Assembly: GCA_030432905.1 (NCBI GenBank) | Contig: JAUILU010000002.1 | Location: 136,084 to 200,083 of the forward strand | Length of the DNA stretch: 64,000 nt | Origin: Phycisphaerae bacterium | GTDB taxonomy: Bacteria > Planctomycetota > Phycisphaerae > Phycisphaerales > UBA1924 | Reading direction: 5' to 3' | Part shown: positions 1-7,335 of the stretch, in pieces | How positions within the stretch are numbered: the first letter of the stretch is position 1 | Layout: every line of letters begins with the position of its first letter | The notes under the pieces: generated by a model | The model's input: the letters and a program-made list of their open reading frames with translations, nothing else | The model's database searches: none | What the model was told of the DNA's origin: nothing | Position numbers and translations under genes: made by a program

Positions 1-401
1 ACCTTGCCGCCGAGGCTGCCTGTCTGTGTTCCAGAGTTCAGGTCGCCGATCAGGATCGGGTCACCCGGGCGGAGCCCGATGCTCCACGCGATCGCGACCA
101 TGGCCGCGACCGCCCAGCCGCCCCACACGCCTGCGAACTTCAGCCGACGCGTTGGCGAGGTCTTCGGGTGCATGTACAAGGGCAGCTCGACCGTGTCGGC
201 AATGTCGCCGACCTCTTCGACCATCTCCATCGTGTCGCGGCGCAGGTCCTGAAGCTCGGCGATCTCCGCGAACACGCTCTGGTCGTCGCCGGCCAGCTCG
301 CGGATCTCTGCCCAGTCCTGGCTTGTCGCCTCGCCGTCAACGACACGACCGATCAGCACATCACGCCGATCGCTCGGCTTTGGTTGCAGCTGGTCGTTCA
401 T
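1..401 (-). CDS. putative anti-sigma factor, N-terminal part only (C-terminus runs off the left edge)
   Basis: Minus-strand frame is open from ATG (401-399) to the window edge. It is absent from the ORF track because there is no stop in the window. Hand translation: MNDQLQPKPSDRRDVLIGRVVDGEATSQDWAEIRELAGDD..., with one hydrophobic helix WGGWAVAAMVAIAWSIGL. ATGA start/stop overlap with the upstream ECF sigma gene. Confidence 0.55.
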   Translation of the reverse strand, partial: MNDQLQPKPSDRRDVLIGRVVDGEATSQDWAEIRELAGDDQSVFAEIAELQDLRRDTMEMVEEVGDIADTVELPLYMHPKTSPTRRLKFAGVWGGWAVAAMVAIAWSIGLRPGDPILIGDLNSGTQTGSLGGK

Positions 402-997
402 GATTCACTCCTTACTGCATCATCAACAACACCGGTCGCCGCCACGCCCACGGGCGCTGGCTGGTTCGCAAGCTCGCGCAGCATCCGCCGACCCCGCGCG
501 ATCCGCGTCTCGACCGTTGTCTCGGGCAGACCCGTGATGTCACTGATCTGCCTGTGGCTCATCCCCCGGGCGCACCGAAGCAGCACGCACTCGCGGTAGT
601 TGTCAGGCAGCTGGTCAATCAGCAGCCCGAGCTTCCGCGCACGCTGCTGGCGTTCTTTCATCTCTTTCGTCGTGATGTCAGTCTCGCTCTCGTCGGCAGC
701 CGCGGGCCTGACCAGCCTGAGCAGCCCGCGCCGACGCGTCTGCTTCCGGCCCGTCGCCCTCGCCGCGTTGATCGCGACCATCCGCAGCCAGGGCCGAAGC
801 GCCGTCGGGTCGTCGAGTTGGTCGATCTTCTGAACCACCGAAAGGGCCACCTCCTGGAGCAGGTCCTCAACATCGACCTGCCTGGGCTTGTGCGCGAGCA
901 GGACAGCAGCGATCCACCGCCGGTGGGTCCGCCAGATCATCTCCGCGGCCTCTGGGTCTCCGCCCGCGGCCCGGCGTACTAGATCCGACTCATCCAA
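398..997 (-). CDS. RNA polymerase sigma factor, ECF (sigma-70 family group 4)
   Basis: 199 aa. Region 2-like DLLQEVALSVVQKI...RPWLRMVAINAA and region 4 HTH LPDNYRECVLLRCARGMSHRQISDITGLPETTVETRIARGRRMLRE. Confidence 0.9.
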   Translation of the reverse strand: MDESDLVRRAAGGDPEAAEMIWRTHRRWIAAVLLAHKPRQVDVEDLLQEVALSVVQKIDQLDDPTALRPWLRMVAINAARATGRKQTRRRGLLRLVRPAAADESETDITTKEMKERQQRARKLGLLIDQLPDNYRECVLLRCARGMSHRQISDITGLPETTVETRIARGRRMLRELANQPAPVGVAATGVVDDAVRSES

Positions 998-1203
998 CTG
1001 CCTGCCCTCCGCTGCCTACGTCTTCACACACAACCTGATGCGCCCAAACGTCGGCCCCGTCAATATTCGGGCATAACCTGTGGCTACGCCTGCCGGTTGT
1101 ACCGGCAAGCCCCCCGAACAATTGCAGCCAACCGCTGCCCTGCCCCCGAGACACGCCCATCCCGCGACCACTCGACCAACTCGGGCTCTTCGAAGACGCC
1201 ACC

Positions 1204-2196
1204 ATGCCGCTGGGGGACCACCTCGAGGAGCTCCGCAGGCACCTGATCGTCGCCATTCTCGGACTCGTCCCCTTCCTCATCATCTCTTTCGTGTTCGGCA
1301 GGTCCGTCCTCGAATTCCTCACCATCCCCGTCCGCAAGGCCCTCATCGAGGCCGGCCTCCAGCCCAAACTCCAGGCCACCAGCCCCGTCGAGGTCTTCGC
1401 CAGCTACATGAAGGTCGCCCTGCTCATGACCATCCTCATGGGCAGCTGGTGGATCATCATCCAGCTCTGGCGATTCGTCAGCCCGGGCCTCTACCGACAA
1501 GAACGCCGATTCGTCTACGTCCTCGTCCCCATGAGCTTCACGCTCACCATCGTCGGCACGGCGTTCATGTACTACGTCATGCTCCCGGTCGTGCTCGCTT
1601 TCTTCATCAACTTCGGCTCAACACTCGGAGTCGGGGACGTCACCGCGACCACCAAGATCGCCGACGTTTCCGCTGAAGTCGTGGCCGCAATGCCCAGCAT
1701 CCCCGTCCTCGACGGCGACCCGCCCAACCCCGAGGTCGGTCAGGAGTGGTTCAACTCGCACCTGATGCAGCGGCGCATCTGCCGGGCCGTCGAAAGCGAT
1801 GGCACGCCCATCATCGCCGGCACGTTCTACGAGGCCGCCTCGGGCATTAGCCAGGACTACCGGCTCACCGAGTACATCAAGCTCGTGCTCACCTTCGCGC
1901 TCGGCTTTGCCATCGGCTTCCAGATGCCCGTCGTCGTGCTCCTGCTCGGCTGGGCGGGCATCATCGACCGCACCTCGCTGGCGGGGTACCGACGGTACAT
2001 CATCATGGGCTGCTGCCTCGTCGGCGCCTTCCTGACACCCGCCGACCCGGTCTCGATGTTCCTGCTCGCCGGCCCGCTGTACTTGCTCTTCGAGCTCGGG
2101 CTGATCCTGCTCGTCGTCATGCCCGCCTCGGCGGTCGCAAGCGGGTTCGGGCGCGACAAGCCGGAAGACGGAGCCGACAACCGGGACGAGTCATGA
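1204..2196 (+). CDS. tatC: twin-arginine translocase subunit TatC (with an extra loop insertion)
   Basis: 330 aa. N-terminus MPLGDHLEELRRHLI, SPVEVFASYMKVAL, FVSPGLYRQERRF and C-terminal LTPADPVSM are typical TatC motifs. About 80 extra residues sit between TM helices. Confidence 0.9.
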   Translation: MPLGDHLEELRRHLIVAILGLVPFLIISFVFGRSVLEFLTIPVRKALIEAGLQPKLQATSPVEVFASYMKVALLMTILMGSWWIIIQLWRFVSPGLYRQERRFVYVLVPMSFTLTIVGTAFMYYVMLPVVLAFFINFGSTLGVGDVTATTKIADVSAEVVAAMPSIPVLDGDPPNPEVGQEWFNSHLMQRRICRAVESDGTPIIAGTFYEAASGISQDYRLTEYIKLVLTFALGFAIGFQMPVVVLLLGWAGIIDRTSLAGYRRYIIMGCCLVGAFLTPADPVSMFLLAGPLYLLFELGLILLVVMPASAVASGFGRDKPEDGADNRDES

Positions 2197-2699
2197 CCCT
2201 GCCCCCATCCGTTGAGCCGACCGACACCGATGTCGCGATGATGCACGAGGCCCTGAGGCTCGCCAGAGAGGCCGCCAGCGCCGACGAGGTGCCGGTCGGA
2301 GCGGTCGTCTGGGAGACGGCTACCGGGCGTGTGCTGGGTCTGGGGCGGAATCGGCGCGAGGAGGACAACTCCCCCAGCGCCCACGCCGAGTTCCTCGCGA
2401 TCCAAGAGGCCTGCCGAGTCGTCGGCGACTGGCGGCTCAACCACTGCTCGCTCGCCGTCACGCTCGAACCCTGCCCCATGTGCGCCGGGCTCATCGTCAA
2501 CGCCCGCGTCGGGCGCGTGGTCTACGGCACAGACGACCCCAAAGCCGGCGCGTGCCGAAGCCTCTACGAACTGACAACCGATCCACGGCTCAACCACCGC
2601 GTCGAACTCGTCCCGGGCGTGCTGGCCCGCGAGGCCGGCGACATGCTCAAGAAGTTCTTCCAGCACCGGCGCCGACGCAACGCTGGCGGGCAGGACTGA
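2193..2699 (+). CDS. tadA: tRNA adenosine(34) deaminase TadA
   Basis: 168 aa. CMP/dCMP deaminase zinc motifs HAEFLAIQEA and TLEPCPMCAG. ATGA overlap with tatC. Confidence 0.9.
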   Translation: MTLPPSVEPTDTDVAMMHEALRLAREAASADEVPVGAVVWETATGRVLGLGRNRREEDNSPSAHAEFLAIQEACRVVGDWRLNHCSLAVTLEPCPMCAGLIVNARVGRVVYGTDDPKAGACRSLYELTTDPRLNHRVELVPGVLAREAGDMLKKFFQHRRRRNAGGQD

Positions 2700-2825
2700 C
2701 CCGCTCCGTTAGGCACCCCCAAATTTCAGTGGTGCCCTGCGATTGAACGGTTTTCCCCGAGAAAGCCACACCTCGGGACAACGGGGTCTGAGTTGGCACA
2801 TGGGTTGGCGTCTAGCCGTCAGGTC

Positions 2826-2870
2826 TTTCTTATCTAAGAGATAGATAGAGATCAATCATCATAGGAATAA
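2826..2870. other. AT-rich tract (candidate DNA-unwinding element) in a high-GC background
   Basis: tttcttatctaagagatagatagagatcaatcatcataggaataa has 12 G/C in 45 nt by hand count, against a window that is clearly above 60% GC. It lies in a 510-bp gap between two convergent gene ends. Confidence 0.4.
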
Positions 2871-2882
2871 GCGCTGTCGCTT

Positions 2883-2891
2883 TGTGGACAG
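2883..2891 (-). promoter_or_regulatory. DnaA-box-like site CTGTCCACA (7/9 match to TTATCCACA; close to the TTGTCCACA variant of high-GC bacteria)
   Basis: Plus strand reads tgtggacag at 2883-2891. Confidence 0.35.
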
Positions 2892-2903
2892 CCGCCGGGT
2901 GCT

Positions 2904-2951
2904 GCTTGTAAGCCGAGTGGTTATCTCGGATTACAAGCGTCGAAATCCGAG
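2904..2951 (+). other. two mutually exclusive strong hairpins sharing the segment CTCGGATT
   Basis: Hairpin 1 (2904-2938): GCTTGTAAGCCGAG / CTCGGATTACAAGC, 13 of 14 bp, 7-nt loop. Hairpin 2 (2925-2951): CTCGGATT / AATCCGAG, 8 bp, 11-nt loop. Confidence 0.5.
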
Positions 2952-2969
2952 GCGCAGCGTGTCGGTTGG

Positions 2970-3105
2970 CTGTCGGCCGCGCTCGGCTGCGCGAGGGGGG
3001 CTGTCGGCTTGCGCAACCAAAGCCCAGCGCGCGCTGTCGGCAACCCGCAAACAGCCGAGCGCCAGCGATAGCTTCTGCACCACTTATCCACAACACCCTG
3101 TCGGC
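2970..3105 (+). repeat. four perfect direct copies of CTGTCGGC (2970, 3001, 3034, 3098) plus two degenerate copies upstream (2874, 2959)
   Basis: Counted by eye. Spacings of the perfect copies are 31, 33 and 64 bp, roughly 3, 3 and 6 helical turns. All copies are in the same orientation. Confidence 0.6.
3084..3092 (+). promoter_or_regulatory. perfect consensus DnaA box TTATCCACA
   Basis: cacTTATCCACAacacc read directly. The site is about 0.64 kb from the 3' end of dnaA. Confidence 0.5.
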
Positions 3106-3209
3106 TGACCGCTTCACGGATTCCGGGCTGTTCTGGTAGGGAAATACTCAGCATCTGCACGGCTCGTGCCCTCGGTCCCCCGCCCCACTTACGTCAATCC
3201 GCCCTTGCA

Positions 3210-3719
3210 CTAGAAGCCCTTCTTGATGACCTTGCGGACCCTAGCCAGAACCGAGCCCGCGGTTTCCGTCGCGAGCGCATCTTCAAGCAGGTCCTCGGCT
3301 TGGGCGCGGTACTTCGGGTGAGCCGCGGCCAGGTCGCGGTAGGCGCTGTACGCCCAGGCTCTCACAAACTTCTTCTCTTCTGAAAGACACGACGACACAA
3401 ACCGCTCGACCCGCTGCGCGCGTTTGGTCGGTACGGGGATGTGCTGCATGCACTGCAGCACGTGCAGCCGCGCCTCCCAGTGCGTGAGGCTGTCGGTGTA
3501 TCCGAACAGTTCAAATGCCAGCTCGTCACCGATCGGCGCGCCGCCCTCGTCGAAGTGGTGTTTGAGCAGCCACGTCGAACCGACAGCGAGTTCGGGGTCT
3601 TTTGTGAGCGAGACGATGTTCTTGAGGAAGCCGCGTTTGGTGTGGTGCGCGTCGTAGACCGCGCGGATGTCGTCGGCGGATTTGCCGTCCCAGTCTGCGA
3701 TATCGGATTTGAGGCTCAT
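3210..3719 (-). CDS. DNA alkylation repair protein-like (HEAT-like repeat) protein
   Basis: 169 aa, helical-repeat composition (WLLKHHFDEGG, WEARLHVLQCMQHIP, VRAWAYSAYRDLAAAHP). Family assignment is from memory only. Confidence 0.5.
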   Translation of the reverse strand: MSLKSDIADWDGKSADDIRAVYDAHHTKRGFLKNIVSLTKDPELAVGSTWLLKHHFDEGGAPIGDELAFELFGYTDSLTHWEARLHVLQCMQHIPVPTKRAQRVERFVSSCLSEEKKFVRAWAYSAYRDLAAAHPKYRAQAEDLLEDALATETAGSVLARVRKVIKKGF

Positions 3720-3729
3720 GGCGCGGAGC

Positions 3730-5139
3730 TTACTCGCCGGCGCGGAGCTTGGCTTCGAGTGTTTCGAGCGCCTGGCCGATCTCGGGTTCGAGGTCTTGCC
3801 GGTCGCCGATGGTCCTGATGCCGTGGAGGACGGTTGTGTGGTCCCGCCCGCCGAAGTAGCCGCCGATCTCTTCGAGCGAGTGCCTGGTGTGCTCGCGGGC
3901 GAGGTACATGCAGATCTGCCGGGGCATCGCGATGGTCCGCGTGCGCTTGCGCGACTGCAGGTCCGCGAGCCGAACCCCGAAGTACTCCGTCACGTGCTCG
4001 ACGATCCGGTCGATCGTCACTGGCTTGAAGGTCTGGTTCGGGTCCTCGCCGAGCGCCAGCCGCGCAAGCTCGAGCGTGATCGGCTTGTTCTCGACCGCTG
4101 CGTACAGCTGGATCGACGTCAGCGCGCCCTCGAGCTCGCGCACGTTCGTCTCGATCCGCGTCGCGACGAGTTCGGCAACGTTCTCCGGGATCTCGAGCCC
4201 GCGCATCCGGCCCTTCTCTTTGACGATCTCAAGACGCGTCTCGAAACCGGGCTTTGCGATCTGCGTCACCAGCCCCCACTTGAACCGGCTGACCAGCCGT
4301 TCTTCGAGGTCGGGGATCTGCTCGGGCGGGAGATCGGAACTCAGGATGATCTGCTTGTCCATCTGGTAGAGCGTGTTGAACGTGTGGAAGAACTCTTCCT
4401 GTGTCCGGTCACGCTTGGCCAGGAACTGGATGTCGTCGATCACCAGCACATCGAGATCGCGGAACTGGTGGCGGAACGTGCTCATCCGGCCCGCGGCGAC
4501 GTCCTCCATGAACCGGGTCATGAAGTGCTCGCACGACGTGAAAAAGATCCGCGCCTGCGGGTTGTTGCTGCGGATGCGCAGGCAGATGGCTTGCAGAAGG
4601 TGCGTCTTGCCGAGGCCCACGTCGCCGTGAACGAAGTACGGGTTGTACGCCTTGCCCGGGTTGTCAGCGACGGCGCAGGCCGCGGCGTGCGCCATCCGGT
4701 TGTCCGGGCCGACAACGTAGTGCTTGAACGTGTAGTCGGGGCTGAGCGGCAGGGTCCCGTCGCCGTTGACGAGCTTGGCCTGCCTCGCCGGGTGCTCGAC
4801 GGGCTTTCGGATCTGAACCTCGGCGGGCTCTGGCTCGCCGCCCTCGTCCTCGTCGTGGCCCGCGGCTACGAATCGCGACGTGACAAGCCTGCTCGTCACG
4901 GTGCGCAGCGCATCGTCGAACGCGTCGGCGCAGGTGCGCTCAAGGTAGTCGCGGTAGGTGGTGGTCGGCGCGACGATCGTGACCACGCCGCCCTCGAGGC
5001 CGCTGGGCTCCAGGGTGTTGAACCAGTGTCGGCAAATTGTCGGGTGCGTTTTGCGCAAGAGCACAAGAGCGTCGTCCCAGATCGCCATATCTGGTGTGGC
5101 CATCGGATCCTCGTTGTTTCGGCGCTTCACCGGGTACAA
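3730..5139 (-). CDS. dnaA: chromosomal replication initiator protein DnaA
   Basis: 469 aa. Walker A GDVGLGKTHLLQAI, Walker B VLVIDDIQFL, sensor NVRELEGAL and C-terminal DNA-binding GGRDHTTVLHG. The true start may be the internal M at 5103 (MATPDMAIWDD). Confidence 0.95.
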   Translation of the reverse strand: MYPVKRRNNEDPMATPDMAIWDDALVLLRKTHPTICRHWFNTLEPSGLEGGVVTIVAPTTTYRDYLERTCADAFDDALRTVTSRLVTSRFVAAGHDEDEGGEPEPAEVQIRKPVEHPARQAKLVNGDGTLPLSPDYTFKHYVVGPDNRMAHAAACAVADNPGKAYNPYFVHGDVGLGKTHLLQAICLRIRSNNPQARIFFTSCEHFMTRFMEDVAAGRMSTFRHQFRDLDVLVIDDIQFLAKRDRTQEEFFHTFNTLYQMDKQIILSSDLPPEQIPDLEERLVSRFKWGLVTQIAKPGFETRLEIVKEKGRMRGLEIPENVAELVATRIETNVRELEGALTSIQLYAAVENKPITLELARLALGEDPNQTFKPVTIDRIVEHVTEYFGVRLADLQSRKRTRTIAMPRQICMYLAREHTRHSLEEIGGYFGGRDHTTVLHGIRTIGDRQDLEPEIGQALETLEAKLRAGE

Positions 5140-5327
5140 GTCACGCCCGGCTCGGCTCGCGTCGGAAGTGTGCCGACGCGCAATCGTTTGCGTAAGCTCA
5201 GAAAGTATTGGCTACAAGAGCCACCTGAGCGGTCCATTCTTTACCGTTCACTATCTCGTCGCCGGCCTACTCACCAAAGGCAGACAACAGAGCAAAAGTA
5301 CCTAAGCGCGCCGGGTGTGTCAACAAG

Positions 5328-5336
5328 TCATCCACG
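5328..5336 (+). promoter_or_regulatory. degenerate DnaA-box-like site TCATCCACG (7/9) in the dnaA upstream region
   Basis: Read directly, about 190 bp upstream of the dnaA start. Possible autoregulatory site. Confidence 0.25.
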
Positions 5337-5367
5337 AAATCAGCGCGCCACCCGCCGGCAAAACGCC

Positions 5368-6279
5368 CTAGCCGTTCTGCTCGGCTTCTTCCGCTTGTCT
5401 TTCGTACCGCTCTCTGCACGCGCGGTGGTCCATCAGGACGTGCGTACGCCCGAGATCCTCTTTCTTAAGGACTTCTCCCAATCTTTTGCGCACGTACGAC
5501 ATGTGCGTCCGGCGCGAGATGTGCGTCAGGATCATCGCCTCGCATTCGAGCACGCCCATCCACTCGACGATGTCATCAAGGTGCAGGTGCATCCCGATCT
5601 TCGCGCGCGACTTGTGCTCCGGCTCAAAGAACGTGCACTCGCTGAGCACGATCTGTGCCCTGCGGATGTCGTCACGCACAAGATGTGGGCCGGGCAGCGT
5701 GTCGCCGGTGTTTGCGATCAGCGGCACCTCGAGCGTCATCGTGATCTCTTCGCCCCGGTCTTTCAGCTCGCGCAGCTTCTCTTGAGGCAACCCGACAAGC
5801 TCGGGCTTGAGCTTGGAACGCTTCTCAACAAGCACCCAGCCGAACGACGGCGCGGTGTGCTCGGTCGCGAACCCGCGCAGGAAGATGTTGTTCTTGACCT
5901 CGAGCTCTTCGCCGTCGTCGAGTTCGATGAGCTTGTAGGGGGTTTTCTGCCGTTCGAGGTCGTTGAAGCCGCGCATCATGTTGTGCACGTCGCCCGCGAT
6001 GCGTTTGTCGCAGACGATGGTGCCCTCGCCCATGCCCTGGAACTGTCGCTGGCTCGCGTAGTAGGCGAGCCCGCCGATGTGGTCCATGTGGCCGTGTGTG
6101 AGCGCGACGTACTTGCTCGCAAGGGCGCAGCGCAATGGTGCGCCCATGTCGAAGCACACATCGAGCTCGGGGATCATGATCGTCGTGGCTTCACCAGCGA
6201 CGGAGGTCCCCTGGACACGGAACGGCGGGCAGTACAAGAAACCGACTTGGCCCTCGCGGGGCGGCGGCTTTGGGATCAT
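5368..6279 (-). CDS. MBL-fold metallo-hydrolase (RNase Z-like)
   Basis: 303 aa with the metallo-beta-lactamase signature THGHMDHIGG. Confidence 0.8.
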   Translation of the reverse strand: MIPKPPPREGQVGFLYCPPFRVQGTSVAGEATTIMIPELDVCFDMGAPLRCALASKYVALTHGHMDHIGGLAYYASQRQFQGMGEGTIVCDKRIAGDVHNMMRGFNDLERQKTPYKLIELDDGEELEVKNNIFLRGFATEHTAPSFGWVLVEKRSKLKPELVGLPQEKLRELKDRGEEITMTLEVPLIANTGDTLPGPHLVRDDIRRAQIVLSECTFFEPEHKSRAKIGMHLHLDDIVEWMGVLECEAMILTHISRRTHMSYVRKRLGEVLKKEDLGRTHVLMDHRACRERYERQAEEAEQNG

Positions 6280-6384
6280 CTCAATGCTCCAGAGCCAGGC
6301 TCTCGCCCGGCGGGTGCTACAGCGGTCGACCGGAGTGTAGCCCAGCCAAAGCCCGCCCCCACGGAGCGCCTAGGCTGGCTTGCG

Positions 6385-7221
6385 ATGACCGACGACCAAA
6401 CAGACCCGGTTGCCCAAGAGCCCCACTCTGACGACGAGGTTCGGTTCTCCGACTTCGGCAAGGCCGGGCCGGCGGCTGTCGTGGCGGCCCTGCTGCCCGC
6501 GGTCGGCGGGTTCACGCTCATCGGTTTCACACCAACCATCGCGCCCTGGCTCCGTGACCTCGGCTTCGTCGGGCTGCTGATCTACGTCGCCGTCTTCGCC
6601 ATCACGAGCGGCCTTGCGATCCTGCCCACCTTCGCACAAGCCGCCCTCGGGGGGTACGCCTTCGGGCTCACGATGGGCCTGCCCGGTGCGCTCGTCGGGT
6701 TCCTGGGTGGGTCGCTCATCGGCTACTACACCGCGCAGAAGGTCACGGGCGACGACGCCATCAGGGGCGTCCAGAAACACCCGAAATGGAACGTTGTCGT
6801 CCGTTCGTTCTTCCCGGATCGTCAGGACGACGGCGCCAACCGCGGGTTCTGGCGCACGCTCGGGCTGATCACGCTCATCCGCTTCCCGCCGAACTCGCCG
6901 TTTGCACTCACCAACATCGTTCTGTCGTCCGTCAAGGTGGACATCCTGCCCTACGCCATCGGCACGCTAATCGGGATGCTGCCGCGCACGGCTCTCGTCT
7001 GCTACCTCGGCGCGATCATCGAGGGCGAGCTCTCTGACGATGTCTCGCTCAAGAGCACGAGGCCCGGCTGGTACATGCCCGTCGGCATCGGCGTCACGCT
7101 CGTCGTGCTCTTCATCCTCGCCAAGCTGGGCGACATGGCGATCAAAAAAGCCGTCGCGCGGGGCGAACTGCCCGCGCCCGAAGCGGACACAGACGAACCC
7201 GGCGACCCAGAATCCGACTAA
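6385..7221 (+). CDS. TVP38/TMEM64 (DedA/SNARE-associated) family membrane protein
   Basis: Only the last 278 codons of the 1184-aa track ORF look coding. ATG at 6385 (MTDDQTDPVAQ...), several TM helices, and GYAFGL...GSLIGYY... typical of this family. Confidence 0.7.
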   Translation: MTDDQTDPVAQEPHSDDEVRFSDFGKAGPAAVVAALLPAVGGFTLIGFTPTIAPWLRDLGFVGLLIYVAVFAITSGLAILPTFAQAALGGYAFGLTMGLPGALVGFLGGSLIGYYTAQKVTGDDAIRGVQKHPKWNVVVRSFFPDRQDDGANRGFWRTLGLITLIRFPPNSPFALTNIVLSSVKVDILPYAIGTLIGMLPRTALVCYLGAIIEGELSDDVSLKSTRPGWYMPVGIGVTLVVLFILAKLGDMAIKKAVARGELPAPEADTDEPGDPESD

Positions 7222-7335
7222 GTCTCAGCCAGCGGTCCGTTTGCAGCCAAGATCTGCATCGTTGGTAGAGCAACAATGTGACAAAAGACGGCTTTCTCAG
7301 CGCTGAGCGCAGAGCCGCAAAACAAGGGGCTTCAG

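Noticed and set aside
2830-3160. Small ORFs (74-95 aa) on both strands in the tadA-downstream gap
   Set aside because: Arg/Ala/Ser-rich translations with no start context. The region is better explained by DNA/RNA-level features (boxes, repeats, hairpins).
3667-7221. 1184-aa plus-strand ORF spanning dnaA and the MBL hydrolase region
   Set aside because: Most of it is antisense to two well-supported minus-strand genes and translates to Arg/Leu/Val/Asp-rich low-complexity sequence typical of high-GC shadow frames. Only the last 278 codons (6385-7221, TVP38-like membrane protein) look genuine.
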